A DNA stretch of 64,000 bases from IMG/VR virus record IMGVR_UViG_3300005676_000004. The stretch is one strand, 5' to 3'. Both the position numbers and the translations under genes were made by a program. The notes beneath the pieces were generated by a model. It did not search any database. It worked only from the letters and a program-made list of their open reading frames with translations, and had not been told where the DNA came from. This document shows positions 54,931 through 62,900 of this stretch, in pieces (position 1 is the first letter of the stretch; each line of letters begins with the position of its first letter). This stretch comes from a virus.

Positions 54931-55428
54931 TTACCCTTCTATGCTATTGGTAAAATTTTGCAAGCGTTGCTCGTATACTAATCCAGCGTCGTGTAAAGCA
55001 TCAATGATATTGACAGCAAAACTTTTCAAGTATTCTTCGCCGTACCCATCATACGCGTACGTCGCAAACGTGTAATCAAGATCATGTTGGAAGTCACAAC
55101 CTATCAGCCAATGTACTGATGGCTTCTTCCACCTATACTGATCATCATCCCACGTGTCAAATCCTCTGCTCTCTTCTCGTCGAATGTGTTCTGGGAAGTA
55201 TCGTTCTAACTGTAAAGCATGGAGACGTTCTTCCACTGACTGAATAGTGTCATCTGCCGTGAACACACAATTTATACCAGGCCATAACATTATGTACACC
55301 CACTCTCGATTCTTCCGTTGACCTTCCGATGGTGGACAAATGATTGTCTTAAAGCGAACGCCACGGTAGTCGTAGAATTTCTCATTGCGGTCAAGAGAAA
55401 TTGGTTCTAGTTCGTGTTTGATGCTCAT
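54931..55428 (-). CDS. Hypothetical protein
   Basis: WLIGCDFQH; 165 aa. Confidence 0.65.
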   Translation of the reverse strand: MSIKHELEPISLDRNEKFYDYRGVRFKTIICPPSEGQRKNREWVYIMLWPGINCVFTADDTIQSVEERLHALQLERYFPEHIRREESRGFDTWDDDQYRWKKPSVHWLIGCDFQHDLDYTFATYAYDGYGEEYLKSFAVNIIDALHDAGLVYEQRLQNFTNSIEG

Positions 55429-55444
55429 GTTGATCCCGTGTATT

Positions 55445-55506
55445 AGTGTACCCCATTGGGTACATTTCTTTCAGTAAACAGTTTTATGTACCCAATGGGG
55501 TACACT
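55445..55506. repeat. Perfect 21-bp inverted repeat with self-palindromic arms
   Basis: AGTGTACCCCATTGGGTACAT-20 nt-ATGTACCCAATGGGGTACACT. Confidence 0.9.
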
Positions 55507-55521
55507 GAGTTGATACCCCGA

Positions 55522-55875
55522 CTACTCAGTTCTCCAGACTCTAATGGTAATACCACTAGTAGCTTGATCTCCCGTAGAGTTTCTATAACCTCGTTTACGA
55601 CGACTGCCGCATAGACGACCAGAAAATTTTTTCTTTGTTGATCGACCTCGTGAAGCTAATAAGTTTCGGAAAAATACATCATTCATATTTTCGGGTAATG
55701 TGACTACAAACGAATCTCCAACTTCTAACGCATCTAGGGTCTTGTAAACTTTATCTCTGAATTTGCTAGAACTAGTGGAACGTGGGGGAATGACTACCCC
55801 CTTCTCAATTACAAATTCATAGTTCTCGTCAACGTGTGTCGCGATGTTTTCGCTAGTGTTCGTGGTTGTCTTCAT
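55522..55875 (-). CDS. Putative small DNA-binding protein (IEKGV.IP...LEVGDSF...IRVWR family)
   Basis: IEKGVVIPP, LEVGDSFVV and IRVWRT; basic. Confidence 0.65.
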   Translation of the reverse strand: MKTTTNTSENIATHVDENYEFVIEKGVVIPPRSTSSSKFRDKVYKTLDALEVGDSFVVTLPENMNDVFFRNLLASRGRSTKKKFSGRLCGSRRKRGYRNSTGDQATSGITIRVWRTE

Positions 55876-55879
55876 TTGA

Positions 55880-56047
55880 TTACTCCGTCGTTACGTGAAT
55901 AGTATAATCATCGTGCTGTTCTTCCGGCATATCACGAAACTCCTTTACAGATTTTGATAATGCTCGTTGTCTATCAAAATCTTCTTGAGATTCTAGTGAA
56001 TGAAACGAGCGTGTGCAGGAAGATCGATTACAAATTTCGCAAGCCAT
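55880..56047 (-). CDS. Small Cys/His protein (55 aa, not in the track)
   Basis: MACEICNRSSCTRSFHSLESQEDFD...; GAGGAGG RBS. Confidence 0.7.
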   Translation of the reverse strand: MACEICNRSSCTRSFHSLESQEDFDRQRALSKSVKEFRDMPEEQHDDYTIHVTTE

Positions 56048-56069
56048 AGGTCGGCAACCTCCTCAGTGA

Positions 56070-56390
56070 TTAAAGATTTTCAATTAAGCCTCTAGTATCA
56101 ATGGGTACGCTGTATAACCCAAGAGCTACTTGAATTCGATGCGCCTCAACTAGGGCATCCTCTAACCGAACAAAGGAGTTAATTGTGACTCGGTTCAAGG
56201 CCACCTTAAACTCACCATTGAATTTAGAAACTCCGACCACTGGCTTTGGAATTGTTTCCTCCAATGATTCTATCAATCGAACAGCTTCCTTAAATATTTT
56301 TGCATTCTTTGCATGTCTACGTCCGTAGCCATACTGCTGAAATATGTCTGCTATTCTTAGAAGTTTGCCAATGACAATGCTTTTATCCAT
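56070..56390 (-). CDS. Hypothetical protein
   Basis: GAGGA RBS. Confidence 0.65.
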   Translation of the reverse strand: MDKSIVIGKLLRIADIFQQYGYGRRHAKNAKIFKEAVRLIESLEETIPKPVVGVSKFNGEFKVALNRVTINSFVRLEDALVEAHRIQVALGLYSVPIDTRGLIENL

Positions 56391-56410
56391 GATGTCCTCG
56401 TTGGGTCTGG

Positions 56411-56761
56411 TTAGTAGTTGCTAGATACGTGGTTGTAGAAACTAAGGAAATTTACAAACTCCCGTGTTGACGAAAACCGATGGGTTGTAATGGAGTGCGA
56501 ACTAATGTTCGTGACCTTAATCGTAGTCGGATCGAAGTCAACCACCAGTGTAGCATCAATGAGAGGTGAGTCCTTCCATGAGAAACATCCCACTCGATTG
56601 GTGAACACGAGTGTAATCTTCCCGCTTGCACTCCAATTAAGACTAGGCCCGAGGTCATCACTCATGTAACGAATGAGACTTTCTACTTCCTTGACGTTCG
56701 TGTCTGGAAATAGCTGACGGTATGCGCGGAGTTGAAGTTCCATCATTTTTTGCGTTGTCAT
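56411..56761 (-). CDS. Hypothetical protein
   Basis: AAGGAG RBS before ATG 56761. Confidence 0.65.
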   Translation of the reverse strand: MTTQKMMELQLRAYRQLFPDTNVKEVESLIRYMSDDLGPSLNWSASGKITLVFTNRVGCFSWKDSPLIDATLVVDFDPTTIKVTNISSHSITTHRFSSTREFVNFLSFYNHVSSNY

Positions 56762-56780
56762 AAGGTTCTCCTTGTGTTTC

Positions 56781-56844
56781 TGCAACATACGAAAAATCAC
56801 CGAGAAAGATTCAAGGAGATTTTGAAATTACGTATTTATACGCA
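56781..56844 (-). promoter_or_regulatory. Promoter (TTTTTCGTATGTTGCA) with upstream degenerate TACGTA-N4-TACGCA dyad
   Basis: -7-like element at 56791-56781; dyad at 56829-56844. Confidence 0.5.
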
Positions 56845-56846
56845 AG

Positions 56847-57320
56847 TTACTTCTCTGCTCTATTCTCTAGACGTATATCCTCAACGTCTTGACCAACGAG
56901 GTGTTTAGCGATAAAATGTAGACCTCGGTGAACCTCGTACGCGGCTCTAATAGCTCCAACTAGTTGCTCTACTGTTCTTCTTGATAATGATGCATTTGTT
57001 AAACCTTCCTTCACGGTAGTGTCTAGGCGTTTCGTAATCTCTTCAACAATTATCGCATACCTTTCTAGCGTCTTACTAATATCGTGATACATATTTAGCA
57101 TGTATTTGGGTAAATCAACTACAAAGGCACAACCATTAGCAATATCTCGCAACTGTTGAGCGTGAGTTTCCGCCTCTTGTTCAGTGTTAAAGCAGTTACC
57201 GAAGTTATAGCAACCTTGATCAAAATGATTATCACCCTCCCAAAGTCTATAATCTACTGTACCAAATCCGGTAACGTAGTAGTAAACATCTTTGTATTTC
57301 GGTTTAAATCGTTCCATCAC
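56847..57320 (-). CDS. RFKP...GNCF family paralog
   Basis: ERFKPKYKDVYYYV...W...GNCFNTEQEAE. Confidence 0.75.
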   Translation of the reverse strand: MMERFKPKYKDVYYYVTGFGTVDYRLWEGDNHFDQGCYNFGNCFNTEQEAETHAQQLRDIANGCAFVVDLPKYMLNMYHDISKTLERYAIIVEEITKRLDTTVKEGLTNASLSRRTVEQLVGAIRAAYEVHRGLHFIAKHLVGQDVEDIRLENRAEK

Positions 57321-57724
57321 ATCCCCTCCAGTTCGTCGGCGTAGTAGTACGAGTTACCAATGATGTACCAAACCCTGTCGGGGTTAGGTGTGCCGTGAGT
57401 TGCCTGATCATACACCTTCACCATAATTTCCCTCGGTGGTGGGGGAGTTGGTTGAAAGTATATAATTTTAGCTTTTACGCTAGGTAGATCGGCGGTGCTT
57501 TCCACTTCAAACCCTTCCGGCACATCAACAACAACAGCGCGACCTGAAGCGATACGTTTGTCACGGTCTATCTTGGATTGGGCCTCCGCTTCAGTGCGGA
57601 AGCAGTTACCAGAATCATATCGGTATTTGTCTATGTTGTCGCCACACCATTCACTTTGTGATGGTGGATTATCTCTGTTGATAACGAAATACGTCTCCCC
57701 CTTCTCTGGCTTAAATCGTTCCAT
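57317..57724 (-). CDS. RFKP...GNCF family paralog
   Basis: ERFKPEKGETYFVI...GNCFRTEAEA...VYDQATHGTP. Confidence 0.75.
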   Translation of the reverse strand: MERFKPEKGETYFVINRDNPPSQSEWCGDNIDKYRYDSGNCFRTEAEAQSKIDRDKRIASGRAVVVDVPEGFEVESTADLPSVKAKIIYFQPTPPPPREIMVKVYDQATHGTPNPDRVWYIIGNSYYYADELEGM

Positions 57725-58163
57725 CGCAATCCCTCCAATTCATCTCGTCGTTGTAATAATAATACTGCTTAGAAAGTGTATGCGTGTAAGTATACATCCG
57801 TTCGCGATCTGGTTCGCCATGTATATGTACATCATAAACTTTTACCGTGACCTCTTTCGGTGGTGGGGGAGTGCGACTCATTAAGTATACACGCATAAGC
57901 GGCACACTTTGCGCATCAGTGGGTGGTATAACCTTCCCCATCTCATATCCTTCCGGTATATCAACAACAGCGGCACGGCCTGAAGCGATGCGCATGAGCA
58001 TGTCACGGTGGGCTTCGGCTTGCTCTTTGGTCGGGAAGCAGTTACCAATTGCGTATCGACGCTTGTCTACGCAGTCGCCATCCCACGAACTATGCACAAC
58101 TGTGTTGTCAATCGCAATGAACCAGTACCTCTGCCCCTTCTCCGGCTTAAATCTGTTTGTCAT
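57711..58163 (-). CDS. RFKP...GNCF family paralog
   Basis: RFKPEKGQRYWFI...GNCFPTKEQAE...VYDVHIHGEPD. Confidence 0.75.
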   Translation of the reverse strand: MTNRFKPEKGQRYWFIAIDNTVVHSSWDGDCVDKRRYAIGNCFPTKEQAEAHRDMLMRIASGRAAVVDIPEGYEMGKVIPPTDAQSVPLMRVYLMSRTPPPPKEVTVKVYDVHIHGEPDRERMYTYTHTLSKQYYYYNDEMNWRDCDGTI

Positions 58164-58789
58164 GAAATTTCCTTTCGCATCGGTTGTTCATCGTTTGATG
58201 TGTAATGTACTTCTAGCTTTGAATTAGTTAATCCTTCAACAATGGTTTTATATTCTGTCCGCCATTTCATTTCTCGTATTATCTGTTGTACTAGGTAATC
58301 CCATTCAACGCCCTTTGTCCATTTCTTCCATTCGTTGATTGACCATTCATCTTTATTAGAAACTGATACACTTTTACCCCATTTTCCTTTAGAGTAATCT
58401 ATCATGAACATTACAGATTCACAATTGATCTCCACATAAATTTCAGTAGGAATGTCATGATTATCATCACTGTTTGCCCATGATTCTACATCTGCAAATA
58501 ATTGACGTAATCGATCATCGTCAGTTGGCCAAGATGTGTCGTAATATTTATTTGGTTCATTTCGCAACAAGTGAAATATAAACTTTATCATTTGTCGTTT
58601 ATTCCATACGCGAGTGTCTCTTGCTATCCACAGAAGCCATTCAAGTCGGTTACAAGATTCAATTGCTTCGCTAAGAGAATTAAATTTGTCTGCAAATTCA
58701 AGACCAGGGCCACATGCATTTAGATATTTGAGTGCTGTTACATGTGGCTTAGTGATTTCCGAAGTATTAGATGCTTCGTTGTCTGTCAT
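58160..58789 (-). CDS. Hypothetical protein (LNAC..G...WLLW family)
   Basis: LKYLNACGPGLEF...RLEWLLWI; GGAGG RBS. Confidence 0.7.
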   Translation of the reverse strand: MTDNEASNTSEITKPHVTALKYLNACGPGLEFADKFNSLSEAIESCNRLEWLLWIARDTRVWNKRQMIKFIFHLLRNEPNKYYDTSWPTDDDRLRQLFADVESWANSDDNHDIPTEIYVEINCESVMFMIDYSKGKWGKSVSVSNKDEWSINEWKKWTKGVEWDYLVQQIIREMKWRTEYKTIVEGLTNSKLEVHYTSNDEQPMRKEIS

Positions 58790-59217
58790 ACGTACCTCCA
58801 TTTTGGTGTATCATCGCCATCGATGTCGCTAAGATAAAAGTATCTACCTCCACCCGGTAGATACCAATAACGACGAGAGTCGTCTGGTTCACCATGCTCG
58901 GTGATAGTATAGATATGTATAGCTGCCTGTTCTGGTTGGGGTGGATTGGGTGGATTGGGTTCAAACCGAACAATACAGTGATCATCTTCGTACTTTGTAT
59001 CCACATATTTACAGTTATCAGGAATAAACACTGCAACCGCCTTTTTGTTTAATAGTCCTACAACATCATCTGCCTCTTTTTGAGTTCTAAAGCAATTACC
59101 ATTAGAAACAAGGTGTATGTGGTCAGGATTAAACAGATCAAAAAAGTCTGTACGAGACATACCATTTTTGTCCACATACCAAAAACGTTCATATTCTTTT
59201 GGTGTCCACTTCTTCAT
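58786..59217 (-). CDS. RFKP...GNCF family paralog
   Basis: WTPKEYERFWYV...GNCFRTQKEA...HGEPD. Confidence 0.75.
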   Translation of the reverse strand: MKKWTPKEYERFWYVDKNGMSRTDFFDLFNPDHIHLVSNGNCFRTQKEADDVVGLLNKKAVAVFIPDNCKYVDTKYEDDHCIVRFEPNPPNPPQPEQAAIHIYTITEHGEPDDSRRYWYLPGGGRYFYLSDIDGDDTPKWRYV

Positions 59218-59257
59218 TACTGTGCCTCTTGTATTATAAGATTTGTAAATGTTTGAC

Positions 59258-59575
59258 TCATTGACTCCATGGCAATTGAATTGCAATCAAGTCATGTTTG
59301 GTTAATTGTATGAAGTGCAAACGATACCACTGCCATCGTACTTCTTGTCGATCATTGAAATTTTCGGGCAACACTATGTTATTAGATATGACTTTGTGTA
59401 TCATGTCAATGTATGTTAGTGCAGCTCCAGGAGTCTTGTGAACATTGCCTATTGAGAAGGCAAACTCATCACGTAGAGTTCCATGCCATGATGATCTTCG
59501 TACATCTTCAGCCTCAAAATCTATGTAGTAATATTCATCGCCATCTTCGGGGTACGGGCGTTCTGTGTTCATCAT
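59258..59575 (-). CDS. RFKP...GN family paralog
   Basis: PYPEDGDEYYYID...W...IGNVHKT. Confidence 0.7.
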   Translation of the reverse strand: MMNTERPYPEDGDEYYYIDFEAEDVRRSSWHGTLRDEFAFSIGNVHKTPGAALTYIDMIHKVISNNIVLPENFNDRQEVRWQWYRLHFIQLTKHDLIAIQLPWSQ

Positions 59576-60012
59576 GGCATCGCCGCTATAATGATGAGCG
59601 CGGCACAGCAAAGCACGGCAAGTATCCAAATCATTACGTCGCCAAAATCCAATTTCTTCTCTCCTGGCGGCTCCGGTGCTTCACCTTCTTTGATCATGCG
59701 AATTGCAGGACCCGAAGGAGTAGTTTGAATAAACTCTTCTTTCGGTTCAAATCGTTTGCCTTCTATACCACACAAATACTTATTTAAACGAGCATTTTCA
59801 CATGATCGGTAACGCGTGTCATCAACTAACGTACCATTCACTACGTTTATACTTTTGCTTGGTTTGGTAAAAAGATTGCATACATCAAAAGATGAATAAC
59901 CACTCCGAGGTGTAGATTTAGAACAATGTTTACAATGTATGCAAAGTTTAACATCTAGAGAGTTTGCATCTACGGTCGGAGTTCTCTGCTCAATTGTATC
60001 ACTGTATCTCAT
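59572..60012 (-). CDS. Cys-rich protein with C-terminal TM anchor
   Basis: CIHCKHC...CENAR...CGIEGKRFEPK, then a hydrophobic tail. Confidence 0.7.
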   Translation of the reverse strand: MRYSDTIEQRTPTVDANSLDVKLCIHCKHCSKSTPRSGYSSFDVCNLFTKPSKSINVVNGTLVDDTRYRSCENARLNKYLCGIEGKRFEPKEEFIQTTPSGPAIRMIKEGEAPEPPGEKKLDFGDVMIWILAVLCCAALIIIAAMP

Positions 60013-60373
60013 TATTAAATCTCGATAGTAATTTAACACGTATCATCCTAGGGACAGAACTCAGTTTTTGTAAGCCGCGCGGGATTCTTAAAATAAGCTC
60101 AAAAAGACCCCAGACTACAAGAACTGGAGGGACTATGAGTATAGCTACGGGAACCAATATCCATCCGATCATAAACGAAAACATAGCACCTTCAACTAGA
60201 AAAAATGCTATGTTACTAATCTTACTTAGGAAATGAGGTTCCTCGGTAGCTCCAGTCTCCTTGTATTCGTTAAGAGCGTTTATATATCTACCAAAAGTGA
60301 TTGCAATAGTTGCTAAAGAAGCAAATATTAAATACTCAGTTAGAAAATCAATTCCAAATAATGTTAGAAGCAT
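59999..60373 (-). CDS. Membrane protein
   Basis: Hydrophobic segments; GAGGA RBS. Confidence 0.65.
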   Translation of the reverse strand: MLLTLFGIDFLTEYLIFASLATIAITFGRYINALNEYKETGATEEPHFLSKISNIAFFLVEGAMFSFMIGWILVPVAILIVPPVLVVWGLFELILRIPRGLQKLSSVPRMIRVKLLSRFNNEIQ

Positions 60374-60424
60374 AGTGCTTTCCTCTATGGTGTGTCGGAA
60401 AAAGTTTCTTTAAGACAAAACTGT

Positions 60425-60628
60425 TTAGAAGATGGATATGATAGACATTAGGAACCACGCAGTAACAGCTAAGAATCCTACTAGAAGCATAAGTGCCATA
60501 GCACCAAATGCACAAGTGAGGAGGAGCATCAATACACGATCCCCACGCTCTTGTAGTGACTTGTCCGTTGAGTTATCTCCGTCTAATTGAACTTTGGACG
60601 ACATAGGCATGTATATGTAGTCAATCAT
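60425..60628 (-). CDS. Small membrane protein
   Basis: C-terminal TM segment. Confidence 0.6.
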   Translation of the reverse strand: MIDYIYMPMSSKVQLDGDNSTDKSLQERGDRVLMLLLTCAFGAMALMLLVGFLAVTAWFLMSIISIF

Positions 60629-60828
60629 GTGCTCCTCCGTATGAACAATTCAAAAAACCGCGCAGCTCTTCCACACATGGTTTCGTCGTTTCTCATTTGA
60701 TTCGGAGACTTCGCAAACCTTTGGTTATGCCAACCTTTAAGTGTAATGCTAGGTGCATTGGACTCGTGATCACAAACGTGCACGTGATTAAAGTCACTGA
60801 AGTATTTACAGTCGGTGCAGTATTTCAT
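60625..60828 (-). CDS. Cys-rich small protein
   Basis: MKYCTDCKYF...CDH...MR...MCGRAARFFE. Confidence 0.7.
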   Translation of the reverse strand: MKYCTDCKYFSDFNHVHVCDHESNAPSITLKGWHNQRFAKSPNQMRNDETMCGRAARFFELFIRRST

Positions 60829-61094
60829 TGAGGATGTCTAAAGCTCATGGTGGATTTGTAACCATTTTGTTTCGTAAGGTTTATAAACGTTTCAAACGAA
60901 TCAAACGCAATAAAGTCAACTGTCTTAGCATGGAAAGACCATTCAAACTTAGGATAGTCGTCATCTTTCACGCTAACGAAGTCTTGATTAACAACCCAAT
61001 ATGTATTACCTTTGAAAAATATTGGGTCTAGCCGTTTTGTGAATATCATTACGCCGTAATCATCTACTTTCGGCGTGGTCTTGTCAATTTTCAT
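60825..61094 (-). CDS. Hypothetical protein
   Basis: ATGA overlap with the next gene. Confidence 0.6.
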   Translation of the reverse strand: MKIDKTTPKVDDYGVMIFTKRLDPIFFKGNTYWVVNQDFVSVKDDDYPKFEWSFHAKTVDFIAFDSFETFINLTKQNGYKSTMSFRHPQ

Positions 61095-61097
61095 TGC

Positions 61098-62900
61098 TCA
61101 GCTCTTCTTGAAGTTAGGATAGTGTATAACGGGTGATGGGCCGTCCATAGGTTTAAGGGATTGTACTGGTAATTTCATGAAAGAAGTGAGATACGCTCCC
61201 ACATATTTCATAACATCCGCAGAATTAAATGACAAGTCATCGTCTTCGGTAATCCGGTCATAATATCCTACGATGTATTCATCAACCCGGTTTCTGACTT
61301 CATCAAATGGGTGTCTGCGTTGAAGTTGTCCATTAAGAAAAACGGGTTGTAATATATTTTCTTTAGAATCAAATTGTTCTTTATCCATGTTTACCGTAGT
61401 ATACGTCATGACGTCTTCTATATTTTCACGGCCTTCATACTCAGAAGGTTCTTGAGCTACCAATCCAACTCTACCACGGAATGAACGTTTACCTGGGTCG
61501 GTTATTGGGTCTTTCCAGATGTCAACTACCTCACCATCAATATGAACTTCAGTGGCTTTGATTGCAAATCCCAACGTGTCACGCGAATGATAACGAAGCA
61601 GTCCACCCACACCAACGACAAGATTTTGTACTGAATAACCCATCTGTTGCATCGTGTGTAAGATGTCACGGTATCGCTGGAGATACATACCATCTCCGTA
61701 GATTAGACCAACCTTTGGGTTCAGCACCTTATACCCTCGCTCGTTGTACGTCGACCCGAACAACTCATCAAGTAGACGAAGTAAACCCTTCTCCTCGTTT
61801 GTCGGTTCATATGATACGGCAATCTTTTTCCCATCTTGAATTTTGACGAGATAATACTCTGAGTCAAATGTAGAATACAATATATCCCCATCTTCATAAT
61901 TTTTGAGGTGTTTATCCTGGTATTCTTCCGTCGTATATTTAAAATGATGATTAATAGATTGAATGCAGCCGCATAAAACATACTTCGGATCACCACTGTC
62001 TGGACGGAAAACTACCTTACCGTCGCGAGACACAATGTCATCATAAAGTTGTTTAGCAATACTCGTTACAACGTTGTACACGTCATACGTGTCGCTAACG
62101 ATAGATACGATTCCCGTTGGATACGTCGCAAGCATGTGACGAAACGCGTTGATCTCATCTTCCCTACCGTAGGAACACATTACAGAATGCTCAGACGCTG
62201 GGACTGACGACATGAAATTTTCTTTCGGGTTAGACGGAAGAAAATAGTCATTTATAAATTTCTTTGCAACGATAGTGTCTGAACCAGTAAATGACAGCAA
62301 GTGTGCCGCCCCTGAAATCATAGCACTCTCTTCACTAGTATCGCCACGATAACCGAAGTCATGGACAGCATACAACTTCAACCAGTGTGAGGTAGCATCA
62401 ACCGACTTATTGTAGAATTCTTCAACAGTCATCCTGTAATGAAGACAACATGTTGCCACCGTCGTGGGATACCATACTTTCAATAGCAACGATTCGACAA
62501 ACCCGACGCACCAATGAAAGCCATCAATTGTGTTCTCAATAGTCATCAATACGTTACCATTGTCAACGACAGTTCCTTCTGGCACTGCACGAATATCTAG
62601 TGGCCAATGTCCTAGTTCAATGAGAGAGTTGATCTTTTGCTTAACGTCATCGCTCGGTTCTATACCAAGAACATCTCGATATGTTTCAAAGAACTCATCA
62701 GCCATCCACTGCTCAAGTGGAATACTAAGATACTTTTCAATAATGTATTGTAGCCCAAAGAACACTGCTACGCGAAATGTTTTCTTACTTCTCGCGACGA
62801 GATGAGAGAATACACGTTGTGTTCCTGGTTTATATTGAACCATGTGACCGAGCTTATAGACGTCGGTAAGCAACAAAGGATTTATGGTATTTGTTTTCAT
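61098..62900 (-). CDS. Nicotinamide phosphoribosyltransferase family protein (Namat-like)
   Basis: LLTDVYKLGH, HDFGYRG, VPASEHSVM, SIVSDTYD, VFRPDSGDP and IYGDGM. Confidence 0.92.
   Translation of the reverse strand: MKTNTINPLLLTDVYKLGHMVQYKPGTQRVFSHLVARSKKTFRVAVFFGLQYIIEKYLSIPLEQWMADEFFETYRDVLGIEPSDDVKQKINSLIELGHWPLDIRAVPEGTVVDNGNVLMTIENTIDGFHWCVGFVESLLLKVWYPTTVATCCLHYRMTVEEFYNKSVDATSHWLKLYAVHDFGYRGDTSEESAMISGAAHLLSFTGSDTIVAKKFINDYFLPSNPKENFMSSVPASEHSVMCSYGREDEINAFRHMLATYPTGIVSIVSDTYDVYNVVTSIAKQLYDDIVSRDGKVVFRPDSGDPKYVLCGCIQSINHHFKYTTEEYQDKHLKNYEDGDILYSTFDSEYYLVKIQDGKKIAVSYEPTNEEKGLLRLLDELFGSTYNERGYKVLNPKVGLIYGDGMYLQRYRDILHTMQQMGYSVQNLVVGVGGLLRYHSRDTLGFAIKATEVHIDGEVVDIWKDPITDPGKRSFRGRVGLVAQEPSEYEGRENIEDVMTYTTVNMDKEQFDSKENILQPVFLNGQLQRRHPFDEVRNRVDEYIVGYYDRITEDDDLSFNSADVMKYVGAYLTSFMKLPVQSLKPMDGPSPVIHYPNFKKS

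Noticed and set aside
55445-55506. Mini-CRISPR array
   Set aside because: The two copies are inverted rather than direct, and the 20-nt spacer is too short.
56833-56840. TATTTATA as another late promoter
   Set aside because: Wrong orientation for the surrounding minus-strand genes; better explained as the centre of the TACGTA-N4-TACGCA dyad.
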